From an uncultured Acidobacteriota bacterium (GTDB lineage Bacteria > Acidobacteriota > Vicinamibacteria > Vicinamibacterales > 2-12-FULL-66-21): DNA of 64,000 nt. Below the pieces are notes generated by a model, which saw nothing but the letters and a program-made list of their open reading frames with translations, was not told the origin of the DNA and searched no databases. The position numbers were made by a program, and so were the translations under genes. Where the stretch lies: positions 127,380-191,379 of the forward strand of contig CAWIWL010000021.1 in NCBI GenBank assembly GCA_963839705.1, in the 5' to 3' direction. Position 1 is the stretch's first letter. The number at the start of each line of letters is the position of its first letter. This document shows positions 55,641 through 64,000 of this stretch, piece by piece.

Positions 55641-58223
55641 ATGGCTGCCATTTACGTGATGTTTCTCGCTTCGGGTGCAGCCTCCCTGATCTACCAGGTC
55701 GTCTGGTTCAAGCAGCTCCAGTTCGTGCTTGGCAGCTCGACGTTTGCCGTGAGCATGACGGTCGCGAGCTTTTTCTTCGGCCTCTCGCTCGGGAGCTGGC
55801 TCGGCGGGAAGGTGGCGGACAGGGCTCGAAGACCGCTGGGAGCCTACGCTGTTCTCGAGCTCGCACTGGGCGTCGTCGCCATCCTGGTGACGCTCTTCCT
55901 CTCGAACTGGTCCGCCTGGGCGCCCGGGTTGGCGCCGCTTGTTGGCGAGCCGACATTCACGGGCGGCCTGCTCACGGTCTTCTTTTCCTTTGCCACGCTC
56001 GTGCTGCCGACGATGCTCATGGGCGCAACGCTTCCAATCCTCGCCAAGCACGTCGTCCGCGAGCAGGCGGCGCTGGCGCAGAGGATTGGCGTGCTCTATG
56101 GCGTCAACACCCTCGGTGCGGCGATTGGTTGCGCGCTGGTTGGTTTCGTGTTGATTGGGGCGCTCGGAGTACTGCAGTCCGCCGTCGTCGGGTCGGTCAT
56201 CTATACCGCAAATGCGGCGCTGGCCGGCGTGTTGACGCGTCGCCTGGCCAAGGATCCGCACCCAACCGAAGCGCCGGCCGCCTCCGCAACGCAGCCTACA
56301 TCAGCGCCCGAATCGTCGTCAGGGCGCACAACGGTTCTGGTTTTCGTCTTCGCAGCCAGCGGCTTTGCATCGATCGCGTACGAGGTTCTCTGGTTTCGGG
56401 TCCTCGCCAATTTCCAGGTGCACACGGTATTCGCCTTCTCGGCGATGCTCGCGACGTATCTCGTGGGGCTGGTGCTTGGCGCGTTCATCTGTGCCAGGTT
56501 CCTGGCGCCTCGCAAAGATCGGCTGCTTGCATATTTTGCCCGCCTGCAGCTCCTCATTGCCGCGGGTGGGTTGTTGACGCTGGCGCTGCTCGGACGCTCG
56601 CGCAACATCACCTCCGCTTTCAATTCCTGGACGCATCTCAACCTGCAGGGCGGTCTTCTCGACTGGCTGGCCGGGACAACCGAGACCATGTTTCTCTGCA
56701 TGGTCGTGCTTCTGATTCCGACGACGCTCATCGGCATTGGCTTTCCGCTGGCAAGCGAGCTGACGATTCAGCACATGTCGGTGCTCGGCCGCCGCCTGGG
56801 CCGGCTCTATGCCCTGAACACGCTCGGAGGAACGCTCGGCTCGCTGACCGCCGGGTTCCTGCTCGTGCCGTACCTCGGCACTCAGACCAGCCTGACGCTC
56901 GTCATCGGACTGAACCTCGTGCTGTTCCTCGTGGTGGTTGCCTCGCAGCCCTCATTGCGTCGAGACAAGCGCTTCCGCCGCCTCGCCGTCGAGGGAATCG
57001 TGTTCGTCTGCGCGGGCACGTGGATCCTCGGTCCGCGATATCTGGCCGAGGCGCAAACGCGCTTTCAGGAAGGCCGGATCCTTGCCTTTCGCGAAACCCG
57101 CGACGCCACATTCGTGGTGCTGGGCTATCACTCCGAGACGACGGGCGACTATCAGCAGTTGCTGGTCAACGGCTGGAGCTACGCCAACAACGATCTACCG
57201 GGCCGGCGGTACATGGCAACGCTCGGACATCTGCCGGCCCTGCTCCATCCAAATCCGCGGTCAGCACTCCTCGGATGCATCGGCACCGGCACGACCGTGG
57301 GCACGCTGACTCTCCATCCCGAGCTGCAAAAGATCGTTGCCGTCGATCTGTCCGAAGCGGTCTTCGGCTTTGCGCCGCTGTTCGTGCCGATCAATCACCG
57401 CTTCTACCTCCAGCCTCGCGTGGATAAGGTCGTGGCTGACGTGCGGCATTACCTGCTGCGCTCGGCTCAGCAGTTCGACGTCATCACGTTCGAGCCACCG
57501 CCGCCGCACGACGCCGGCATCGTCAACCTGTATTCACGCGAGTTCTACGCACTTGCCAAGCGTCGCCTTGCCGCGGGCGGAGTCGTAGCCCAATGGATGC
57601 CGCTGGACTTCTCCCGGCAGGCCCTTCCCCGCATGATGATTCGTACGATGATGGCGGAGTTCCCGTACGTGTCGCTGTGGATTCCAAACCGCATGGAAGG
57701 TGTGGCCATCGGTTCGATGGAACCTCTCAAGCTCGACCTTGGTGAGTGGCAGCGGAGGATGCAATTGCCGGCGCTGCGCGACGACATGACGGCGATCGGC
57801 TTTCACTCGCCTGAGGACTTTGCCGCGACCTTCGTCGCCGCCGGCCGGGCCCTGGACGGTTTCATCGGAGACGGACCGATCGTCACCGACAACCGTCCGC
57901 GGATCGAATACTTCAATTCCTATCCGATCGATCCCATGGACTACGACGACATCACGAAACACCGTGAGCCGATCGACAGCTATCTGACCGGGCCCCCTGC
58001 AGACGTGGCGGCGCTGCGTACCGCGGAAAAAGTCGTGAACTCGATTTGGAGAGAGCATGAAGCCACCGCCGCGAACCGCTTTGACGACGCTCGCGTCTTC
58101 GTCGAGACCGGCCTGAGCCAGGATCCGGACAACGCGTACCTCCGGTATCTCCGTGCGTCACTCGATCAGCGCGACCCCAAGTCCAAGCGTTCGCCTGGTC
58201 CCTCGGCACGTTCGACTCAGTAA
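55641..58223 (+). CDS. Fused polytopic membrane domain / spermidine-synthase-like methyltransferase-fold protein
   Basis: 860-aa intact ORF. N-terminal ~450 aa has many TM helices (FLASGAASLIYQVVWFKQL...). The C-terminal part has spermidine-synthase-like blocks (LLGCIGTGTTVGTL, VAVDLSE, FDVITFEPPPPH, VAQWMPL). Confidence 0.85.
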   Translation: MAAIYVMFLASGAASLIYQVVWFKQLQFVLGSSTFAVSMTVASFFFGLSLGSWLGGKVADRARRPLGAYAVLELALGVVAILVTLFLSNWSAWAPGLAPLVGEPTFTGGLLTVFFSFATLVLPTMLMGATLPILAKHVVREQAALAQRIGVLYGVNTLGAAIGCALVGFVLIGALGVLQSAVVGSVIYTANAALAGVLTRRLAKDPHPTEAPAASATQPTSAPESSSGRTTVLVFVFAASGFASIAYEVLWFRVLANFQVHTVFAFSAMLATYLVGLVLGAFICARFLAPRKDRLLAYFARLQLLIAAGGLLTLALLGRSRNITSAFNSWTHLNLQGGLLDWLAGTTETMFLCMVVLLIPTTLIGIGFPLASELTIQHMSVLGRRLGRLYALNTLGGTLGSLTAGFLLVPYLGTQTSLTLVIGLNLVLFLVVVASQPSLRRDKRFRRLAVEGIVFVCAGTWILGPRYLAEAQTRFQEGRILAFRETRDATFVVLGYHSETTGDYQQLLVNGWSYANNDLPGRRYMATLGHLPALLHPNPRSALLGCIGTGTTVGTLTLHPELQKIVAVDLSEAVFGFAPLFVPINHRFYLQPRVDKVVADVRHYLLRSAQQFDVITFEPPPPHDAGIVNLYSREFYALAKRRLAAGGVVAQWMPLDFSRQALPRMMIRTMMAEFPYVSLWIPNRMEGVAIGSMEPLKLDLGEWQRRMQLPALRDDMTAIGFHSPEDFAATFVAAGRALDGFIGDGPIVTDNRPRIEYFNSYPIDPMDYDDITKHREPIDSYLTGPPADVAALRTAEKVVNSIWREHEATAANRFDDARVFVETGLSQDPDNAYLRYLRASLDQRDPKSKRSPGPSARSTQ

Positions 58224-58380
58224 ACCTATCTGATAAACACGACCCACGGCTTACCACGATGAACGCGAAGGTCACGATGACCACGAAGTGGACCTGCCAG
58301 GATGCCCTTCGTGAACATCGTGATCTTCGGAGTCTTCGTGGTGTTGTCGTGACCGTGTTGATGATAGTGGCCACTAGTCA
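58223..58380 (+). repeat. Structured intergenic repeat, copy 3
   Basis: Begins AACCTATCTGATAAAC, overlapping the last base of the stop codon of the upstream gene. Hairpin arms CACGATGAACGCGAAGGTCACGATGACCACGAAG / CTTCGTGAACATCGTGATCTTCG...CTTCGTGG. Then GTCGTGACC (58346-58354) and a tail TTGATGATAGTGGCCACTAGTC homologous to the copy 1 tail (no TACAAT here). Confidence 0.65.
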
Positions 58381-58482
58381 CGCCCTCCAGGATTAATCGC
58401 GTCGCCCGACGTGCGCGGCGAAGAGATCCGCTTGTATGCTCTTGGGGTGTGCCCCTCGACATCCACCCAAGCGAGCGGAATC

Positions 58483-59827
58483 GTGCGCATCGGCGCCGGC
58501 GCGGGGTATTCCGGCGATCGCATTGAGCCGGCCGTGGAGCTGGCCACCCGGGGCGACCTGGACTATCTCGTCTTCGAGTGCCTGGCCGAACGCACGATTG
58601 CCATCGCGCAGCAGGCAAAGGCGAAAGATCCGGCGAGTGGCTATGACCCGCTGCTGGTCGAGCGCATGGAGGCCGTTCTCCCGGCCTGTCTCGAGCGCCG
58701 CACCAGGATCATCACGAACATGGGAGCCGCCAATCCCACGGCGGCGGCCGCACGCATCGCCCAGCTGGCGCGCGATCGCGGATGGCATGGCCTTACCATC
58801 GCGGCGGTGACGGGCGACGATGTCCTGACGCAGGTTTCCGACGGGCAGCACGACATGCTGGAGACAGGCCAGCTGGTCAGCGAGCTCGGATCGCGTCTCG
58901 TGTCCGCGAACGCCTATCTAGGCGCCGCACCGATCGTCGAGGCGCTGGCGCGAGGCGCCGGCCTGGTCATCACGGGACGCGTGGCCGACGCTGCGCTCTT
59001 TCTCGCGGCGCAGGTGGCGGCCTTCGGTTGGCCCTTCGACGACTGGCGGCTCCTGGGAAGCGGCACGGTTGTCGGCCATCTGCTCGAGTGCGCCGGCCAG
59101 GTCACCGGCGGCTATTTTGCGGACCCCGTGTCGCTGCCGGTGCCCGGCCTGGCACGCCTGGGCTTTCCAATTGCCGAAGTGCGTCGTGACGGCAGCGCCG
59201 TCCTGACGAAGGTCGCGGGATCGGGCGGTGTGGTGAATGCCGCCACGTGCAAGTCTCAACTGTTGTACGAGGTTCACGATCCCGCGGCGTACATCACACC
59301 TGATGTCGTCGCAGACTTCAGCCAGGTTCGGATTAGTGAGATTGGTCCCGACCGCGTGATGGTCACCGGCGGCGCCGGCCGGCCCCGGCCGGACCGGCTC
59401 AAGGTGTCCATCGGATACAAGGATGGTTACATCGGCGAAGGACAGAATCTCGTATGCGGGGCCAGGCGCCGTGGGTCGCGGCCGGCTTGCACTCGACATC
59501 GTCGCCGAGCGGCTCAGGATGACGGGTGTCCGATGCGACGAGCTGCGCTGCGATCTGATTGGCGTCGATGCGCTGCATGCGGGCGCCTCGAGCGCCAGTG
59601 CCGCGTCAGCCATCGAGCCTTACGAAGTGCGCGCGCGAGTGACCGGTCGAACCGCTTCGGCCAGGGAAGCCGAGCGCATCGGCGATGAGGTCGAGGCCTT
59701 GTACACGAACGGTCCATCCGGCGGCGGCGGCGCGGTCAAGTCGGTACGGGACGTCCTCGCTATCGGGTCGGCGTTTCTGGCGCGAGAGCTCGCGCCGTGT
59801 TCCGTGCGGTACGAGGAGATCTCTTGA
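58483..59827 (+). CDS. AtuA-like (DUF1446) family protein; one frame change
   Basis: The ORF opens at GTG 58411, but family-like sequence starts at GTG 58483 (VRIGAGAGYSGDRIEPAVELA...DYLVFECLAERT). ...GYKDGYIGEGQ continues as ISYAGPGAVGRGRLALDIV... in ORF 59423..59827. There is an extra A at 59446-59447. Confidence 0.8.
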
Positions 59828-60159
59828 AGCTGCGGCAGATTGCCCACTCGCGAAGCGGAGACAAAGGCAACGTCTCGAACATCTCGGTCATCGCCTTTGA
59901 CGAGAAGGACTATCCGTTTCTCGTCCGGCACGTGACGACGGACCGCGTCAGGTCGCTTTTTGGCGAGATCGCCGGAGCCGAGGTCGTCCGCTACGAGTGT
60001 CCGGCCATCGGCGCGCTGAACTTCGTGCTGCGCGGCGCGCTGGCCGGAGGCGTGACGCGATCCCTGGCCCTCGACGCACACGGCAAGTCGCTCAGCTCGC
60101 TGATGTTGAACTTGGATCTTCCAGACGACACCCAGCACGACGGATCTTCTGCGCGATGA
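59824..60159 (+). CDS. Small AtuA-associated protein (DUF4387-like, name from memory)
   Basis: TTG start overlaps the upstream stop (TTGA 59824-59827). LKLRQIAHSRSGDKGNVSNISVIAF... Confidence 0.6.
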   Translation: MKLRQIAHSRSGDKGNVSNISVIAFDEKDYPFLVRHVTTDRVRSLFGEIAGAEVVRYECPAIGALNFVLRGALAGGVTRSLALDAHGKSLSSLMLNLDLPDDTQHDGSSAR

Positions 60160-61445
60160 CACTGGCGTGGCTCGGCTTCATCACGGTCGCACTGTTCCTG
60201 GCGGCGGTGCTGTCGGAGCGCGTATCCGTGCTGGTGGCGTCCATCCTCATTCCGGCAGCGATGGCCGTCGTCGCGGGCGCCGCGCCTGAGCTCGGCGAGA
60301 TGATGTCAGCGGGCGTGATGCGAGTGGCGCCGGTCGGCGTCATGATGATGTTCGCGATCCTCTACTTCGGGCTGATGCTCGATCTCGGCTTGTTCGAACC
60401 CCTGGTGCGAGGTCTGCTCGGTTTGGTCGGCGGAGACCCGCTTCGCCTGTGCCTCGTGAGCGCGGCGTTGCCGATGCTGGTCGCGCTCGACGGCGATGGA
60501 GCGACGACCTTCCTTATTTCATCCACCGCGCTGCTGCCCGTCCATCGGCGGATGGGAATACGTCCGGTGGTTTTGCCGGGCATCATCGGGCTGGCAGCCG
60601 GGGTGATGAACCTGCTTCCGTGGGGCGGACCGACGGCACGCGTGATGACCGTACTCCACGCCGACGCCGGCCAGGTCTTTCGACCTCTCTTGCCGGCCAT
60701 GATCGCCGGGCTGCTGTGGGTATTCTTCGTCGCGTCTCTCTTCGGGCTGCGAGAACGCCGCCGGCTCGCCGCCTTGCTGGCGAAAGGCGACGCCGTTTCC
60801 ACGGGTGTGGAGCATCTTCCGGAAGCCCGCCGGTCCCGGATGTTCTGGTTCAACCTCGTCCTCACCGTCGCGCTCCTGCTGGCGCTCTTCACCGGACAGT
60901 GGCCCCTGCCCGTGTTGTTCATGGGCGCGTTTGCGATTGCGCTCTTCGCGAACTGCCGATCCTGGGACGAGCAGCGCACGAGAATTGAAGCCCACAGCCG
61001 CAGCATCGTCACCGTGACCTCGATGATTTTTGCCGCCGGAGTGTTCACGGGCGTGCTGACGGGCACCGGCATGATCGACGCCATGGCCAAGGCCATCGTG
61101 GCGGCGATGCCCGCCTCGCTGAGCGGCGCGCTCGCGACGGTTGTTGCGCTGACGAGCATGCCCTTGAGCCTGGTGTTCACGCCTGACGCCTACTACTTCG
61201 GCGTGCTGCCGGTGCTGGCCGGCACCGCGACGGGGTTGGGGCAGGAATCGCTGTCGATCGGGCGAGCAGCCCTGATGGGCCAGATGACGACAGGATTCCC
61301 GCTCAGCCCCCTGACCGCGTCTACGTTCATCCTGATCGGCTTGACCGGAGTCTCTCTCGCCGAGCACCAGCGCTTCCTGTTCAAGTGGGCCCTGGGCTCG
61401 ACCGTCGTCATGACCATCGCCGCACGCCTGACGGGAGCCATTTGA
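60156..61445 (+). CDS. CitMHS-family citrate/tricarboxylate transporter
   Basis: ATG overlaps the upstream stop (ATGA 60156-60159). 429-aa polytopic protein. LDGDGATTFLISSTALLPV and PWGGPTARV blocks are typical of CitMHS. Confidence 0.85.
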   Translation: MTLAWLGFITVALFLAAVLSERVSVLVASILIPAAMAVVAGAAPELGEMMSAGVMRVAPVGVMMMFAILYFGLMLDLGLFEPLVRGLLGLVGGDPLRLCLVSAALPMLVALDGDGATTFLISSTALLPVHRRMGIRPVVLPGIIGLAAGVMNLLPWGGPTARVMTVLHADAGQVFRPLLPAMIAGLLWVFFVASLFGLRERRRLAALLAKGDAVSTGVEHLPEARRSRMFWFNLVLTVALLLALFTGQWPLPVLFMGAFAIALFANCRSWDEQRTRIEAHSRSIVTVTSMIFAAGVFTGVLTGTGMIDAMAKAIVAAMPASLSGALATVVALTSMPLSLVFTPDAYYFGVLPVLAGTATGLGQESLSIGRAALMGQMTTGFPLSPLTASTFILIGLTGVSLAEHQRFLFKWALGSTVVMTIAARLTGAI

Positions 61446-61530
61446 CGCGGACGACGTCTCTCATCCGTCCAAGCTGCGGTACACTCCTGTGGCTTCCCAC
61501 GGGAGCGGGTGAATTGAGGAGAACAGACCG

Positions 61531-62565
61531 ATGAAACGAATCACCGTGCCGGCCTTTGCAGCCACGCTCACTATTGGGATCGCCGCGGGCGCCTTGCTGG
61601 CGCAGCAACAGCCGCCCGCCTCGCAGCCATTCGCCGTCGGGAACCGGCTCGGCTTGCCGATCAATCCGGCCGCCGACGGAACCTTCGAAGCGACTTCACC
61701 AAATGTGAAAGTGTACGGCGCCATCTACTCGGCCGAGAGTTGTTCGTATGACCCGGCCCGTGGCGTGATTGTGGTCCCGAACCGCGGCGTCGCGCAGAAC
61801 GTCCAGACCAACAACGCCTGGGTGTCGTTTCTCAACCACGACGGGTCGATCCACACCGCGCGATGGATCGGAATCCAGAACCCCGCCGAGCGGACCGCTT
61901 TGACGCCGCCGCTGGTGTTGAACGAACCCTACGGCAGCGACATCGTCAACGGCATGTTGTACCTGGCCGATCGTGACGGCGGCACGAGCCCGACCGATCC
62001 CAGTGTGGCAGTGGTGCGTCGATTCAATCTCCAAACGGGCGCGCCGGCCGGGGAATTCCGCGTGGAACGCTCCCCGTGGTTCAACGACATCGAGGTCGCG
62101 GACAACGGCACCATCTACGCGACGCAGACCGGGGTCGGTGGCGAGAAGCCAGATCCTTCGACCTGGGTGGTATGGAAGATCGCGCCCGACGGCGCGGCCT
62201 CGATTTTCGCGCAGGGGACTCCGCTTCGTCAGCCGAACGGCATTGCCCTCGACCCGCAGGGCAATATCGTCGTCCTCAACATGGGCACCACGGAAGTCCT
62301 GACGTTTTCTCCTGAGGGCAAGTTGCTGCGGACTGAGAACGCGGCTCAGGCAGGCAGCGATGGTCTGGTGATCATGCCGGACGGTACCAAGTATGTGAGC
62401 AGCGTGCAGAACGGGGGCGTCTCGCGCATTCGTCCCGGCCAGCCCGCCGAGCTCATCGCGCGGAACATCCCGAACGCCGCGTCCATGTGCTACGACGCCG
62501 GCGCGAAGCAGCTGGTCATCCCGATGAATGCGAACAATGCGCTCGCCTTCGTGCCGCTCAACTGA
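61531..62565 (+). CDS. Secreted six-bladed beta-propeller protein (SMP-30/gluconolactonase/NHL-like)
   Basis: GAGGAG upstream and a signal peptide. Repeated blade-like motifs (MLYLADRDGG, DNGTIYATQTG, PNGIALDPQGNIVVLN, SDGLVIMPDGTKYV). Confidence 0.6.
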   Translation: MKRITVPAFAATLTIGIAAGALLAQQQPPASQPFAVGNRLGLPINPAADGTFEATSPNVKVYGAIYSAESCSYDPARGVIVVPNRGVAQNVQTNNAWVSFLNHDGSIHTARWIGIQNPAERTALTPPLVLNEPYGSDIVNGMLYLADRDGGTSPTDPSVAVVRRFNLQTGAPAGEFRVERSPWFNDIEVADNGTIYATQTGVGGEKPDPSTWVVWKIAPDGAASIFAQGTPLRQPNGIALDPQGNIVVLNMGTTEVLTFSPEGKLLRTENAAQAGSDGLVIMPDGTKYVSSVQNGGVSRIRPGQPAELIARNIPNAASMCYDAGAKQLVIPMNANNALAFVPLN

Positions 62566-62568
62566 GCT

Positions 62569-63117
62569 TCACCGGGGTGATTTCAAATAGCGCTCCAGCT
62601 TGGCGTAGACTTCCGCGGCGCTGGTGGCAACCCCGTCGAAGTCGTCGTCACGCTCCTGTTTCGACGAATACCTGATCGTCTGGGTAAAGACTGTTTCGCC
62701 GCCCGCCTGATCGAGGACGGTCGATACTCGCAGCTCGAGCGGCGAGAAGTCGTAGGTTTCCTTGTACACCAGCCGCCGCGGTGGATCGACCGTCTCGTAG
62801 GCGCCTCGGACCTCGATCCTCGCGCCGCTGGGGCGCTGGAAGACGTAACGGAACGACCCGCCGGCTCGGAGATCGACCTCGCACGCCACGAACGACATGT
62901 GGGTCGGCTGCATCCAGCGAAGGAGATGATTCGTTTGCGTAAGGGCATCGAACACAGCCTGTCGAGGCGCGGCGAACGTCTGCGTGAGCACGATTTCCCG
63001 GTCGGATGGCTTGGTGGCGTTCATGATGTTGGTCTGCGTAGCGAGTGCTCGAGCTGACGGGTGCGGCAGCGCCGGAAGCAACACGAAGGTCAGCGTTCCT
63101 GCGAGGATTGTCAGCAT
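62569..63117 (-). CDS. SRPBCC/AHSA1-domain protein
   Basis: The ORF extends to 63312. Likely start is ATG 63117 (hydrophobic N-terminus) or the internal MNATKPSD. EIVLTQTFAAPRQAVFDALT...LLRWM...DLRAGGSFRYVF is typical of the AHSA1/SRPBCC fold. Confidence 0.75.
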   Translation of the reverse strand: MLTILAGTLTFVLLPALPHPSARALATQTNIMNATKPSDREIVLTQTFAAPRQAVFDALTQTNHLLRWMQPTHMSFVACEVDLRAGGSFRYVFQRPSGARIEVRGAYETVDPPRRLVYKETYDFSPLELRVSTVLDQAGGETVFTQTIRYSSKQERDDDFDGVATSAAEVYAKLERYLKSPR

Positions 63118-63620
63118 CCTGCACCGTCTGCGCTGACTGACGCCAGGATCTGCTCGAGCCGGTTGTAACCCGCGACCATGCCACGTTCCATTCCGGATCT
63201 GCTCGCCACGTCGCGAGCCTCTTTCGACTCGTAGCGCACGATGAGCGTGACCCTCGTGATCCCTTTTCTTTCCTCGAATATCGTCGTATTCACGGCTTCG
63301 CCCGGATACCACGAGTCATCGAACTTCTCGGTCGCAACCAGCTTCTCCGGACGGACGACTTCGCGAAAGACGCCACCCATGCCCATTTCCTTGCCAATGG
63401 ACTCCTTCCGCCAGACATAGCGGTACGCGCCACCGACCCTCAGGTCGATTTCGCAGACCGGCATGGTCCATCCGTCCGGGCCGAGAAGCCAGCGCCTGAC
63501 GAGTTCTGGCTTGGTGAACGCATCGAACACCAGATGGCGCGGGGCATCGAAGTCGCGCTCCACGGCGATCTCGCGGGCGGAGGGTGTCGATATCTTGAAG
63601 CTCTCTGGGTAGAACAGCAC
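63111..63620 (-). CDS. SRPBCC/AHSA1-domain protein
   Basis: 169 aa with GTG start, 16 nt after the arsR-like stop. EIAVERDFDAPRHLVFDAFTKPELVRRWL...IDLRVGGAYRYVW. Confidence 0.85.
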   Translation of the reverse strand: MLFYPESFKISTPSAREIAVERDFDAPRHLVFDAFTKPELVRRWLLGPDGWTMPVCEIDLRVGGAYRYVWRKESIGKEMGMGGVFREVVRPEKLVATEKFDDSWYPGEAVNTTIFEERKGITRVTLIVRYESKEARDVASRSGMERGMVAGYNRLEQILASVSADGAGC

Positions 63621-63636
63621 GGCGGCTCCCCTGACG

Positions 63637-63996
63637 TCATCGTCGAGTTCGTCTTGTCTTCCTCGGTTTCAGCTCTTCCAGCACCGTGTCGAGCCGAGCA
63701 AACGAAGCCTCCCAGAACTGCCGATATTGGCCGAGCCACGCGCTGGCCTCCGCCAGACGCTTGGGCTCGAGCCGGCTTGGCCGCCGTTGAGCGTCGCGAT
63801 CCCGCGTGATGAGGCCGGCGCGCTCGAGTACCTTGAGGTGCTTCGAGATTGCCGGCTGAGTCATGTCAAACGGTTCTGCGAGCTCGTTCACGGTGGCATC
63901 GCCCGAGGCCAGGCGGGCGAGGATGGCACGCCGCGTCGGATCGGCAAGTGCCGCGAAGGTTGCATTGAGACGACTACCGCCCGCGTTCATAACCAT
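63637..63996 (-). CDS. ArsR/SmtB-family metalloregulator-type transcriptional regulator
   Basis: 119 aa. FAALADPTRRAILARLASGDATVNELAEPFDMTQPAISKHLKVLERAGLI. Confidence 0.9.
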   Translation of the reverse strand: MVMNAGGSRLNATFAALADPTRRAILARLASGDATVNELAEPFDMTQPAISKHLKVLERAGLITRDRDAQRRPSRLEPKRLAEASAWLGQYRQFWEASFARLDTVLEELKPRKTRRTRR

Positions 63997-64000
63997 ATTG

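Noticed and set aside
1-64000. Looked for CRISPR arrays, tRNA/rRNA genes, transposases, integrases, phage or defence-system genes.
   Set aside because: No regularly spaced direct repeats, cloverleaf-like segments or rRNA-like stretches were seen. No ORF shows DDE/tyrosine-recombinase or defence-system motifs. The only short tandem repetition is inside coding sequence (about 16080-16330 and 27930-27990).

Overview
This is a dense, GC-rich bacterial chromosomal window (roughly two-thirds G+C by eye, not computed). It holds about 50 protein-coding genes on both strands. I recognise no rRNA, tRNA, CRISPR array, transposase, integrase or phage gene. The gene content suggests an Acidobacteriota-like soil bacterium; this is inferred from family distribution, not from a search. 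That content includes a PadR regulator with an ADOP-type FtsX/MacB-like permease, a second orphan ADOP permease, and an ECF sigma factor divergently paired with a Ser/Thr kinase carrying a TolB-like PD40 propeller. It also includes two PVC-type CxxCH heme-binding dehydrogenase-like proteins, two arylsulfatases, SorAB sulfite dehydrogenase, and many secreted beta-propeller and DUF proteins. Points worth a second look: (1) A cNMP-sensing histidine kinase is translationally coupled to a receiver fused to a thioredoxin-reductase-fold flavoprotein that lacks the CxxC dithiol. (2) A 150-180 nt structured intergenic repeat occurs three times in the same orientation directly upstream of plus-strand genes, and two copies end in a TACAAT box. 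(3) A second REP-like ~54 nt repeat occurs in two copies, next to a GTCCGGCT/AGCCGGAC hairpin. (4) A diverged ~0.6 kb direct duplication encodes small MAYRGD..TDP membrane proteins with a two-cysteine C-terminal domain. (5) An Omp85-family gene is followed by a secreted protein with a protein-kinase-like D-L-K-x-x-N ... D-V-G motif. (6) There are roughly 30 reading-frame changes, very unevenly distributed: 13 in one PVC-type gene and 5 in the kinase-like gene, while neighbouring 2-2.8 kb genes are intact. Many localisable indels sit in mononucleotide runs, so reads are needed to separate sequencing error from real gene decay. (7) There are clear gene remnants: the C-terminal third of a formylglycine-generating enzyme next to a sulfatase, an S9 peptidase fragment, and a 5'-truncated gene. 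(8) Candidate operators are TTACCCAG-N5-CTGGGTAA upstream of padR and two TTATCG-N5-CGATAA palindromes in a 27% GC island upstream of a DUF2975/XRE pair. I did not find a complete, clearly novel multi-gene system. All functional calls rest on motif recognition by eye, and family names are from memory.
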